DNA from: an uncultured Thermoproteaceae archaeon
Lineage (GTDB): Archaea; Thermoproteota; Thermoprotei; Thermoproteales; Thermocladiaceae
Length of the DNA stretch: 39,402 bases
Assembly (NCBI GenBank): GCA_964343155.1
Contig: CAYFHR010000001.1
Location: forward strand, 1 to 39,402
Direction: 5' to 3'
Shown here piece by piece: positions 9,876 through 18,790 of the stretch. Positions within the stretch are counted from its first letter, which is position 1. Each line of letters starts with the position of its first letter. The notes beneath the pieces are model-generated. The model saw nothing but the letters and a program-made list of their open reading frames with translations. It had not been told where the DNA came from and searched no databases. The position numbers were made by a program, and so were the translations under genes.

Positions 9876-10454
9876 GTGGGTTTAATGGGGGTTGGGTGCG
9901 ATAGAATTGTAGTTGACCTAGAGGTCAGCGAATTCAAGGAGTGGTACATGAAGTTCAGGGACATTGTGAGCGACCTAACGTTGGTGAGGAGGGTGTCTAC
10001 AATGGCGTATAACCTGCTTAACGCAGGGTGCAGTAGGGATGAGGTTGTTAAAGTGATTAAGGATACGTTAGCAAGCCTCAACATAGACCCATCATTGGTT
10101 AAGAGGGGTGAGTTCCAGGGAATGAGGGAGGATGTTAAGGACATTTTAAGGGAGGTTTTTCCAAACGCGGTCCAGGAGACTAGGACGCCATTCTTCACAC
10201 AACAGGGTAGGGCCGTTAAGGTTGAGAGGACGCCCTATGGGGAGGTCCAGTACCCTGCTAGGAGGGGTAGGCTTTCATTAGGGGTTAGGCGTATGAGCCT
10301 CGGCGAATACGCCTCACTGGCATCCATAGCGCTTGGGGTAATATTGGCTGGCGTTGGTGGGGCCTACAGGTTATTGACATTGACGGGCATCGGAATATCA
10401 ATCGCCATAATAGGCGCAATAGCGTACGTAATGGCTAGGCTGAGGTGGCTTTAA
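9876..10454 (+). CDS. Hypothetical protein with two C-terminal TM helices
   Basis: Open frame packed between the GT2 stop and the pyrC start (1-nt and 0-nt gaps); hydrophobic C-terminal hairpin; no family recognised. Confidence 0.65.
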   Translation: MGLMGVGCDRIVVDLEVSEFKEWYMKFRDIVSDLTLVRRVSTMAYNLLNAGCSRDEVVKVIKDTLASLNIDPSLVKRGEFQGMREDVKDILREVFPNAVQETRTPFFTQQGRAVKVERTPYGEVQYPARRGRLSLGVRRMSLGEYASLASIALGVILAGVGGAYRLLTLTGIGISIAIIGAIAYVMARLRWL

Positions 10455-11744
10455 GTGGATGCAGTAACGTATAGGGGTTTAATCTACCTCAACGGCCAAT
10501 TAACCAGGGGAAGCATCGTAGTGTCCAGAGGCCTGGTTAAGTCCATAGGCGGTGTTGAGGGTGTTGTAATCGACCTACCGCCCAGCCACTTCATAATGCC
10601 CCCCATGGCTGACATCCACGTCCATTTGAGGGACTTGGAACTATCCTACAAGGAGGATGTTGAGTCCGGCAGCGCAGCCGCATTGGCAGGTGGCGTTGCT
10701 GCGTTGGGCAATATGCCTAATACGAAGCCCCCCATAAAGACTATCAACTTACTTAAAGGGATCATGGATGTGATTAAAGCTAAGTCAAGGTTGAGGGTGA
10801 GGCAGTATTTTGGGGCCCCAGAGGATGTTAAAGTTCTTGAAGAGGCATATGCCAACGGCGCATGGGCTGTTGGCGAAGTCTTCCCAGAGGAGGTTGCCGA
10901 ATATGGTGGAGATGATTACCTTGAGGCATTGTTCCGGGAGGCGTCCAGGGTTGGCATACCTATTATCATGCATTGCGAAGACCCCGTTGTCATCAGCCAG
11001 TATAGTGGTCCAAGGGATTTTAAATACCATGGCGAGGTGAGGGGGCCTAGGGCTGAACTAGCCTGCGTAGCGAACGTGATTAAGCTCACGTATAGGTATG
11101 GTGCAAGGATCCATTTAACGCACATAACCCTACCTCAGTCAATACAGCTCGTCAAGTCGAGTGGATTGAATATAACTATTGATGCAACACCCCACCACAT
11201 GCTTCTGAGCCAGGAGGAGTGCCTAAGTAGGGTTGAAGTCCCCGGATATTGTAAGGTTAATCCGCCTTTAAGGAGTAGGGAGGTTAGGGAGGGCTTGCTT
11301 AGAGCCTTCATAGGGGGTTTAGTAGACATTGTGGCGAGCGACCATGCGCCACATGCGCAGTGGGAGAAGGAGAGGCCCTATGATGAGGCCCCGCCAGGTA
11401 TTGTAGGGCTAGAGACCACGCTACCTCTAATGCTCACGCTATGGGTTAGGGGTTTCGTAGACCTGGAGACTATTGTTAAGGCTATTAACGAGAGGCCCAT
11501 GAGGTTCCTAGGGTTTGAGCCAGGCCTAAAGGTTGGCCAAAGGGCAGACTTCGTAATAGTGGGGCTGGGTAAAAGCATTATAGACCCCTCCAGGTTTAGG
11601 AGTAAGGCTAAGTTCACGCCTTTTAAGGGGTTTGAGGTTGACGCCCTGGTGGCGGCCACCGTGCTTAACGGCGAATTGGCATACGTCAACACTGATGATG
11701 AGCCCCTTGAGGGCGCTTTAAGGCAGGCAGGGCTATTGAAATAG
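10455..11744 (+). CDS. pyrC: Dihydroorotase
   Basis: DIHVHLRD, MPNTKPP, HCED, ATPHH, KVNPPLR, SDHAPH; first gene of the pyr cluster. Confidence 0.92.
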   Translation: MDAVTYRGLIYLNGQLTRGSIVVSRGLVKSIGGVEGVVIDLPPSHFIMPPMADIHVHLRDLELSYKEDVESGSAAALAGGVAALGNMPNTKPPIKTINLLKGIMDVIKAKSRLRVRQYFGAPEDVKVLEEAYANGAWAVGEVFPEEVAEYGGDDYLEALFREASRVGIPIIMHCEDPVVISQYSGPRDFKYHGEVRGPRAELACVANVIKLTYRYGARIHLTHITLPQSIQLVKSSGLNITIDATPHHMLLSQEECLSRVEVPGYCKVNPPLRSREVREGLLRAFIGGLVDIVASDHAPHAQWEKERPYDEAPPGIVGLETTLPLMLTLWVRGFVDLETIVKAINERPMRFLGFEPGLKVGQRADFVIVGLGKSIIDPSRFRSKAKFTPFKGFEVDALVAATVLNGELAYVNTDDEPLEGALRQAGLLK

Positions 11745-11791
11745 CGGAGCTTTAGCCAACTTAACGTTAGGTTATTAAACCCCTGTGAAAT

Positions 11792-12727
11792 GTGGAGGTG
11801 GGCATCTTGGGCTGGTTCAATAGGGATGTTGTATCCGCCCTGGACTTCAACAGGGAGGATTTAGAGGTCTTGTTTAACGAGGCCCTTGAAATGGAGAAGT
11901 ACGCCAAATCTAGGTTAAACATACTTGAAGATAAGGTGTTAGCCCTAGCCTTCTTCGAACCAAGCACGAGGACTAGGCTAAGCTTTGAAACGGCAATGCA
12001 TAGGCTTGGGGGTAGGGTCATTGGGTTTAGCGGCGTTGAGGCGACCTCAATTGCTAAGGGTGAGAACTTCGCAGATACGATAAGGATGCTTGACGCATAC
12101 TCAAACGCAATAGTGGTAAGGCACAGTATTGAGGGGGCTGCCAAGTTCGCGGCGGAGATTGCGGAGGTGCCCGTCATAAATGCTGGGGATGGTTCAAGGA
12201 ACCACCCAACGCAGGCAATGCTCGACCTATACACCATGTGGAGGGAGTTTGGGGTGATAGATGGCTTGTCAATAGGGGTTCTTGGAGATTTGAAATATGC
12301 GAGGACCGTCACATCGCTCATCGAACTACTATCAAACTATAAAGTTAAGCTACACTTAATATCGCCTGAGCTACTGAAGCCAAGGCCTGAACTTGTGGAG
12401 TTCATGAAGTTGAGGGGGATGGAGTTCGACTGGACCAGCGACCCATCATCAATAATAGGCGACTTAGACGTACTCTACGTGGTCAGGATCCAGAAGGAGC
12501 GGTTCCCAGACCCGCTTGAATATGAGCGGGTTAAGGGGGCTTACAGGGTTGATTTAAGGCTCCTATCTAGGGCTAAGCCAAGCATGATTATACTGCACCC
12601 ATTGCCCAGGGTTGATGAAGTGGACTTCTCCGTGGATGAAACAAGGTGGGCCAGGTACTTTAAACAAGCAGCCTTAGGCGTGCCTCTAAGAATGGCCCTA
12701 CTTAAACTAATATTGAGGGGACCATGA
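11792..12727 (+). CDS. pyrB: Aspartate carbamoyltransferase catalytic subunit (true start may be TTG at 11807, after GGAGGTG)
   Basis: [43 protein letters not shown]. Confidence 0.97.
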   Translation: MEVGILGWFNRDVVSALDFNREDLEVLFNEALEMEKYAKSRLNILEDKVLALAFFEPSTRTRLSFETAMHRLGGRVIGFSGVEATSIAKGENFADTIRMLDAYSNAIVVRHSIEGAAKFAAEIAEVPVINAGDGSRNHPTQAMLDLYTMWREFGVIDGLSIGVLGDLKYARTVTSLIELLSNYKVKLHLISPELLKPRPELVEFMKLRGMEFDWTSDPSSIIGDLDVLYVVRIQKERFPDPLEYERVKGAYRVDLRLLSRAKPSMIILHPLPRVDEVDFSVDETRWARYFKQAALGVPLRMALLKLILRGP

Positions 12728-13209
12728 TGGGTAAGGCCGGTAAGGAGTTGATAATAAGCAAGATTAAGGATGGGATAGTCATAGACCACATACCTGCAGG
12801 TAGGGCATTAATAGTGCTTAAGATACTGGGCATAACGGGTAAGGAGGGGTTTAGGGTTGCCTTAGTGATGAATGTTGAAAGCAGGAAGCTTAAGGTTAAG
12901 GACATCGTCAAGATTGAGGGTAAGGAGCTTGGTGAGCGTGAATTAAGCTACATAGCCCTTATAGCACCTACGGCAACTATCAACATTATTAAGGAATATG
13001 AGGTTGTGCACAAGTTTAAGGTTACTGTACCCGACAGGATTGAGGGATTGATAAGGTGTAAGAATCCCAGATGCATAACTAATCAACCCAGGGAGCCCAT
13101 TAAGCCTGCCTTTAAGGTAATCTCAAAGGATCCCCTCAAACTAATGTGCGAATACTGCGGTACAATACACGACCTAAGCGATGTCGAGAAGTCCCTTGGG
13201 GTGGGTTAA
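12724..13209 (+). CDS. pyrI: Aspartate carbamoyltransferase regulatory subunit
   Basis: GIVIDHI, KDIVKIE, zinc site CKNPRCIT...CEYC; ATGA overlap with pyrB. Confidence 0.96.
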   Translation: MMGKAGKELIISKIKDGIVIDHIPAGRALIVLKILGITGKEGFRVALVMNVESRKLKVKDIVKIEGKELGERELSYIALIAPTATINIIKEYEVVHKFKVTVPDRIEGLIRCKNPRCITNQPREPIKPAFKVISKDPLKLMCEYCGTIHDLSDVEKSLGVG

Positions 13210-13800
13210 ATGGTTAAAGACCTGGCAATACTCCTCTTCAAGATAGGTGCTGTTAAATTTGGTAAATTCAAATTGACAAGCGGCCTAGAAAGCCCATTCT
13301 ACATAGACCTGAGGACAGCCTTATCCTACCCCGAGGCCTATAGGCTAATAGTTGACTACTACTCATCAATGCTAAATGGCGTTGAGTTCGATAAGATTGC
13401 CGGCGTTGAAACAGCCGGCATACCGTGGGCGTCAATGCTGGCTTACAGGCTGGGTAAAGGCCTAATATACGTTAGGAAGGAGGCTAAGCAACACGGCGCA
13501 GGTAGGCTCATAGAGGGCCACCTCAACCCTGGTGAACGAGTCGTCGTAGTTGACGACGTCTTAACGACAGGCGGCTCAATAGCATCTGCCGTAAGGGCCA
13601 TTAAGGGTAGCGGGGGTGTTGTTGAACTAGCCCTAGTGGCTGTTGATAGGGAGCAGGGGGGCGTAGCCAATGTTAAGGCTGAGGGCGTTGAGGTTAGGAG
13701 CATAGTTAAGGTCACTGAACTCATGGAGATGCTCTACAGGGAGGGCTACATAGAGTTTAGCCAGTATTTGGAAGTTTTAAAATACCTGGGGAAGGCCTAA
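13210..13800 (+). CDS. pyrE: Orotate phosphoribosyltransferase
   Basis: FKLTSGLESPFYIDLR, RKEAKQHG, PRPP motif VVVVDDVLTTGGS. Confidence 0.96.
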   Translation: MVKDLAILLFKIGAVKFGKFKLTSGLESPFYIDLRTALSYPEAYRLIVDYYSSMLNGVEFDKIAGVETAGIPWASMLAYRLGKGLIYVRKEAKQHGAGRLIEGHLNPGERVVVVDDVLTTGGSIASAVRAIKGSGGVVELALVAVDREQGGVANVKAEGVEVRSIVKVTELMEMLYREGYIEFSQYLEVLKYLGKA

Positions 13801-14759
13801 TGCTCCTAAGCTACCTAAACTACCTCCCAGCAGACGTAACGCACAACGTAGCGCACATGGTTCTTAGGCTTAGGCTACCCATGGTGGGTATAAGGTATGT
13901 TAACCCTGTTGAATTAGGACCCCTTAAGCTAATGAACCCGCTAGGCCTAGGGGCCGGCCTAGATAAGGATGGATACTTGGCCAAAACCATAGCTAGACTA
14001 GGCCTAGGCTTCATAACGGTAGGTTCGGTTACGTTAAGGCCAAGGAGCGGTAATCCTAGGCCTAGGGTTGTCAAGTATCCCCAGTTTAAGGCTATGGCCA
14101 ACTCAATGGGGCTGCCTTCAAGGGGCATTGCAGATTTATCAACTAGGCTTAGTGGAATAGTGGACCACCTACATAGGCTTGGGGTCGCCTTAATAGTTAA
14201 CGTGGCCGGGTTCACTGAGGGTGAATTCGTGGAGGCTATGCATATTTTAAATAGGTTCAATATAGATGGCGTTGAAATAAATATAAGTAGCCCAACCTAC
14301 AGGGGATACTGGTTCACGGATACCGGCAGGCTCCTAACACTTATGAGGGAGGCCTCATCAGCGAGCCGCAGGATGACGCTCATTAAGCTGCCCCTAGGCC
14401 TAGACCCATCAACATATAGGGTTATTGTAGCTGAGGCTAATAGGCTTGGCCTAGGTTTAACAATAGCCAACACCCTCCCCATAAAGGAGCCGAGGCTATC
14501 AACAGGGTATGGTGGATTAAGCGGCTTACCAATATACCCACTCGTTAAGGCGCTCATAGCCAAGGCCAGGTCGTGGGGCTTTGAAAACCCGATAATTGGG
14601 CTTGGAGGCGTCTTCAACGGCAGGCAAGCCCTGGAGCTCCTTAAGGTAGGCGCCAATGCGGTGTCGATAGTTACGGCATTTGCATATGAGGGGCCGTTGG
14701 CGGTTGTTAGGATTTTAAGGGAGTTAAAGGCGGGTTGGGGTGGGCCTAATGATACCTAG
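13800..14759 (+). CDS. pyrD: Dihydroorotate dehydrogenase (class-2-like motifs)
   Basis: NPLGLGAGLDKDG, GSVT..PRSGNPRPR, EINISSP, IANT, GGLSG.PI, IIGLGGV; pyr cluster context. Confidence 0.9.
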   Translation: MLLSYLNYLPADVTHNVAHMVLRLRLPMVGIRYVNPVELGPLKLMNPLGLGAGLDKDGYLAKTIARLGLGFITVGSVTLRPRSGNPRPRVVKYPQFKAMANSMGLPSRGIADLSTRLSGIVDHLHRLGVALIVNVAGFTEGEFVEAMHILNRFNIDGVEINISSPTYRGYWFTDTGRLLTLMREASSASRRMTLIKLPLGLDPSTYRVIVAEANRLGLGLTIANTLPIKEPRLSTGYGGLSGLPIYPLVKALIAKARSWGFENPIIGLGGVFNGRQALELLKVGANAVSIVTAFAYEGPLAVVRILRELKAGWGGPNDT

Positions 14760-15408
14760 GAATACTGGCCTCATAGTGGCCATGGATGTTGAACTAGGCT
14801 TAGATAGGCTTAAGGGGCTCGCTAGGGAGATTTACGAATATGTCGACGCATTCAAACTGGGCTGGTATCAGCTACTCACAATAGGCCCTGGGGGTATTGC
14901 CGAGTTTTCAAGGGATGTTGGCAAATATGTATTGGTCGATATTAAGCTTGGCGATGTAGGGCATGTAAACAGCTATGTTGTATCTAAGTTAGGCAGGTTG
15001 GGGGTTAATGGCGTAATAATGCATGCAGTCGCCGGTGAGCCCAATGTTAGGCAGGCGGTTGATGAGGCTAGGAGGATTGGCTTAGACATATTCCTACTAG
15101 TGTCGATGAGCATGGGCGGCGAAATATACGACAAGTATCTTGAAGACAACGTAAAGATGGGGCTTAGGCTAGGCGTCGCAGGCTTCATAGCGCCTGCAAC
15201 GAAGCCCAACATAATTAAGGCTGTTAGAGGGCTTGCAGGGGATAGGCAAATACTAGCCCCTGGCGTGGGGCCTCAAGGTGGTAAGCCTGGGTGCGCAATA
15301 GCGAGTGGGGCTGACTTCGAAATAGTGGGTAGGCTAATAGTGGGGAGTGGTAACCCTAGGCTCCAGGCAATGAACCTCGTTGAAGCCATCAGGAGGCCCT
15401 CTTGTTAA
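14740..15408 (+). CDS. pyrF: Orotidine-5'-phosphate decarboxylase
   Basis: LIVAMD, AFK, catalytic DIKLGDVG, APGVGPQGG, IVGRLI. Confidence 0.93.
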   Translation: MGLMIPRNTGLIVAMDVELGLDRLKGLAREIYEYVDAFKLGWYQLLTIGPGGIAEFSRDVGKYVLVDIKLGDVGHVNSYVVSKLGRLGVNGVIMHAVAGEPNVRQAVDEARRIGLDIFLLVSMSMGGEIYDKYLEDNVKMGLRLGVAGFIAPATKPNIIKAVRGLAGDRQILAPGVGPQGGKPGCAIASGADFEIVGRLIVGSGNPRLQAMNLVEAIRRPSC

Positions 15409-15423
15409 ACACAGCTTGATTAT

Positions 15424-15852
15424 TCACTTAACCACAAGTACAGGCTTATTCGAATGCCTAACAACCCTCTCAGACACTGAACCTAGTAGGAATCTTGCAA
15501 GGCCCTTAAGCCCCCTCGACCCAACTATTATTAAGTCGGCATTAATCTTATCGGCCGTTTCAAGTATCTTATCCGCCGCATTACCCCTAGCTAAAATTAC
15601 CTCAGCATCAATGCCCCTACTCCTGGCGTATTCCCTTGCCCTACTTAGAATCTCGTTACCAATCCTCACCAAGTCATCTATAATGTTTGTGGTTATGGGT
15701 ATTGCTGATGAGGCTAAGGCAACCTTATCCTCCTCAACAACGTGTATAATGTATAGTTTGGCCCCGAAAACCTTAGCAATATTTACTGCGTATTCGAGCG
15801 CCTTATCGGAGTACTGTGAACCGTCTGTGGCAACCAATATTTTATTGAACAT
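15424..15852 (-). CDS. Universal stress protein (UspA family); start re-assigned to ATG at 15852
   Basis: MFNKILVATDGSQYS, ADLIIVGSRG..GLARFLLGSVSERVV; the longer listed ORF would overlap the divergent gene. Confidence 0.93.
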   Translation of the reverse strand: MFNKILVATDGSQYSDKALEYAVNIAKVFGAKLYIIHVVEEDKVALASSAIPITTNIIDDLVRIGNEILSRAREYARSRGIDAEVILARGNAADKILETADKINADLIIVGSRGLKGLARFLLGSVSERVVRHSNKPVLVVK

Positions 15853-15889
15853 AGGCTTAAATAGCTTTAAGGCTATTAAACTTACCGCC

Positions 15890-16342
15890 ATGGCTATAGT
15901 ACATAGGATTGAGGTTGAAACCCACATACATGCCACAGAGGATGAGGATAAGGTTATGGAGGCCTTAGCCAATTTAATAGGCCACAATGCGGTTAAGGAT
16001 GTTTCAACAGTAACGCTTAGGGGGCATTATGGAAACGCGATAATAGTCGCCAGGGTTCAGCTAGACCACAAGGATTACCCGCTGGATGAGCTTGTGAGGT
16101 TCATGGCCTCTAAAATGAGTGACTCAGACAAGAGGATTCTGAAGAGCTCCCTGGTTAATAGGGTTCAGGGGAATAAGGTTTACTTGAGGTTTGATAAACA
16201 GAAACTATACCTAGGCGAGCTCATGCTCAGCGATGGCGATGACGTAGTCAGAATGGTGCTCCACCTCAATGGAAACATGCTTAGGCAGCTGGGGTTGAAG
16301 GGAGCCCTGGAGGAGCTAGGCCTCCTAAATAGGGAGGGGTGA
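15890..16342 (+). CDS. DUF54-type predicted RNA-binding protein (exosome-associated family); start re-assigned to ATG at 15890
   Basis: HATEDEDKV, GHYGNAI, YLRFDKQ, DDVV; the upstream part of the listed 320-aa ORF is the antisense shadow of the Usp gene. Confidence 0.82.
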   Translation: MAIVHRIEVETHIHATEDEDKVMEALANLIGHNAVKDVSTVTLRGHYGNAIIVARVQLDHKDYPLDELVRFMASKMSDSDKRILKSSLVNRVQGNKVYLRFDKQKLYLGELMLSDGDDVVRMVLHLNGNMLRQLGLKGALEELGLLNREG

Positions 16343-16378
16343 TGAAACTATTTAAAACATTGCACTAAAGGGGGTTTA

Positions 16379-17536
16379 ATGGGTGAAGGCACAGAGGAGG
16401 TCCATGGGTATGGCTTCGAGGACCAGTACGGATCCGTGGTAATGCCCATATACTTATCTACGCCATTTAGGCAAGTCATAGAGCCGAGGCTATCAGACAG
16501 GGGCGTTGACTTGAAGTATTCCAGGGAGGAGAATCCGACTGTAAGGTTCCTGGAAGGGATTTTAGCCAAACTTGAGGGGGGTGACGATGCATTAGCCTTG
16601 AACAGCGGTATGGCTGCAATATCGACAACGCTGATAGGTTTATCAGACTCAAACACAGTGATTATAATACCTGCTGAGGTTTATGGGACAACGCTGAGCC
16701 TAGTCGTTGAGATGAGTAAATTCGGTGTAAAACACGTATTAACCATGCCTGAGACCCACGACGTTGTCGAGGCTGTTAAAGGTGTTAGAGGCAGTTGCAT
16801 AGTCTTCGTTGAGACGATAACGAACCCAATGCTCAGGGTTATCGACGTTGATGAGGTTTCGAAAGCCGCGAGGGATGCTGGATGTAGGTTCATCGTCGAT
16901 AACACTATGGCAACCCCCATACTTTACAAACCTCTTAAACATGGGGCTGACCTGGTAATACACAGCACTACTAAGTACCTATCAGGCCACAACGATACAT
17001 TGGGGGGCGCTATCATAGGTGGTAAGGATGCCGTAATCAACCTGTGGAATTGGCGTAGGAGGCTTGGCACAATAATGCAGCCCTTCGAGGCTTACCTAAC
17101 TATAAGGGGTTTGAAGACCCTTAGCCTGAGGGTTAGGAGGCATTGCGATAATGCCAAGGCAATAGCCGAATACCTGGCTGATCATTCAAAGGTCAGGGAG
17201 GTTTACTATCCTGGCCTGAAAAATAACCCATACTACGGGTTGGCGACCAGGATGTTTAATGGGCTATATGGGGGTATAGTCTCGTTTAAGGTTAGGGGAG
17301 GTGTCGAGGAGGTTAGGAGGTTTTTAAATTCGCTTAAGGTCATAAAGCCTGCCCCAAGCTTCGGAGGCCCTGAATCACTGATAATGTACCCTATAACCAG
17401 CGCAGCCCAGCCAATACCAATACAGTATAGGGTTAAGCTGGGCATAGACGAGAGCCTACTTAGGCTATCCGTGGGCCTTGAGGACGTTGAAGATTTGATA
17501 AATGACCTAGACCAGGCCTTAAGGCAAATACCCTAG
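16379..17536 (+). CDS. PLP-dependent cystathionine gamma-synthase/lyase family enzyme
   Basis: YSREENPT, SGMAAI, ETITNP, VDNT, PLP-lysine motif HSTTKYLSGHND, LRLSVGLED. Confidence 0.93.
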   Translation: MGEGTEEVHGYGFEDQYGSVVMPIYLSTPFRQVIEPRLSDRGVDLKYSREENPTVRFLEGILAKLEGGDDALALNSGMAAISTTLIGLSDSNTVIIIPAEVYGTTLSLVVEMSKFGVKHVLTMPETHDVVEAVKGVRGSCIVFVETITNPMLRVIDVDEVSKAARDAGCRFIVDNTMATPILYKPLKHGADLVIHSTTKYLSGHNDTLGGAIIGGKDAVINLWNWRRRLGTIMQPFEAYLTIRGLKTLSLRVRRHCDNAKAIAEYLADHSKVREVYYPGLKNNPYYGLATRMFNGLYGGIVSFKVRGGVEEVRRFLNSLKVIKPAPSFGGPESLIMYPITSAAQPIPIQYRVKLGIDESLLRLSVGLEDVEDLINDLDQALRQIP

Positions 17537-17537
17537 C

Positions 17538-18710
17538 TCAACCCCTTAAAACACCTTTAATAAGCCTAGCAGCATATGCCGCATCCTCCTCCGTGAAGTG
17601 GGGTGAAACCAATATGCTCACAACCCTACCTGATGCATATTCCGTATTAGGTAATGGCCTATATTCAATGCCCCTGCCGTAGAATGGGCATGACCATGGG
17701 CACCCCTTCCCATGGCCAACCCTGTTGATGAATAGGGGCGTCCTGTAGAGGGGGGTTGGGTATACGACGGCCACGGCCTCAAGCCCCTGCGACCTAAGCT
17801 CCTCAACAACCCTATCCCTTGGCTTAGAGACCTTATCCGTTAGGAGCATTTGATATATATGCCATGCATGCCTAACGTACGGCTTAGGCTTAGGCAGCAC
17901 CACCAGGTCATTATCTATGTCCTGGAGCTCCTCAGTAAGGGCCTTGGCAAACCTCTCCTTCCTGGCTAAAATCTCCTCAATCCTCAACAATTGGCTATAG
18001 CCTAGGGCTGCCTGAAGCTCACCAAGCCTATAGTTGTAGCCCAGGAGCTCGTAGTAGTATTTCCCTGTCTCGCCATGGCTCCTGATGAGCCTAGCCCTGG
18101 AGGCTACTTCATCATTATTAGTTGCTATAGCGCCTCCCTCGCTGGTTGTTATGGTTTTTGTTGGGTAGAAGCTGAAGGCCCCCACGTCGCCGAGGGCCCC
18201 AACCTTAACACCCCTATACATAGCCCCTAGGGCCTGGGCTGCGTCCTCTACTAGGAATAATCCATGCTCCCTGGCAACTTTAAGTAAGCCATCCATGTCG
18301 GCGGGCATCCCTGCCAGGTGGACAACTATTATTGCCTTAGTCCTATCAGTAATCCTCCGCTCAACGTCAGCAGGGTCCAGGCCCAGGGTTTCAAGGTTTA
18401 TATCGGCGAAAACAGGCACTGCATTGGCGTGGAGCACGGAAGATGCCGTGGCTACGAAGGTGAAGGCAGGCACTATAACCTCATCACCAGGGCCTATTCC
18501 AAGGGCCTTTAAGGCTATGTGAAGTGCTGTTGTCCCACTTGATGTCGTTAAGGCATGCTTAACGCCAAGATACTTCCCCAGCTCAGACTCAAGGAGCTTA
18601 TTATACTTGCCGTATGGTGAAACCAGGTTGCCGCTCATCAAGGCGTCAACAACGTATTTAGCATCCTCCTCAGTAACCCACGGCCTGAACCTAAGGACCC
18701 TATTAGCCAC
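17538..18710 (-). CDS. DegT/DnrJ/EryC1/StrS sugar aminotransferase
   Basis: SSGTTALH, GPGDEVIVP.FTFVAT, EDAAQA, FSFYPTKTITTSEGG, GYNYR. Confidence 0.93.
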   Translation of the reverse strand: MANRVLRFRPWVTEEDAKYVVDALMSGNLVSPYGKYNKLLESELGKYLGVKHALTTSSGTTALHIALKALGIGPGDEVIVPAFTFVATASSVLHANAVPVFADINLETLGLDPADVERRITDRTKAIIVVHLAGMPADMDGLLKVAREHGLFLVEDAAQALGAMYRGVKVGALGDVGAFSFYPTKTITTSEGGAIATNNDEVASRARLIRSHGETGKYYYELLGYNYRLGELQAALGYSQLLRIEEILARKERFAKALTEELQDIDNDLVVLPKPKPYVRHAWHIYQMLLTDKVSKPRDRVVEELRSQGLEAVAVVYPTPLYRTPLFINRVGHGKGCPWSCPFYGRGIEYRPLPNTEYASGRVVSILVSPHFTEEDAAYAARLIKGVLRG

Positions 18711-18790
18711 GTTGAGGCGCCGCCCCGAGCCTTTAAATCAATACTCTATATGTGGAAAAATGTTATTAAATCCCAGGGCTTGGCCAAGCC

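Noticed and set aside
15380-15889. N-terminal 170 aa of the listed 320-aa ORF, suggesting a large overlapping gene
   Set aside because: Antisense shadow of the Usp gene; the recognisable domain starts at 15890
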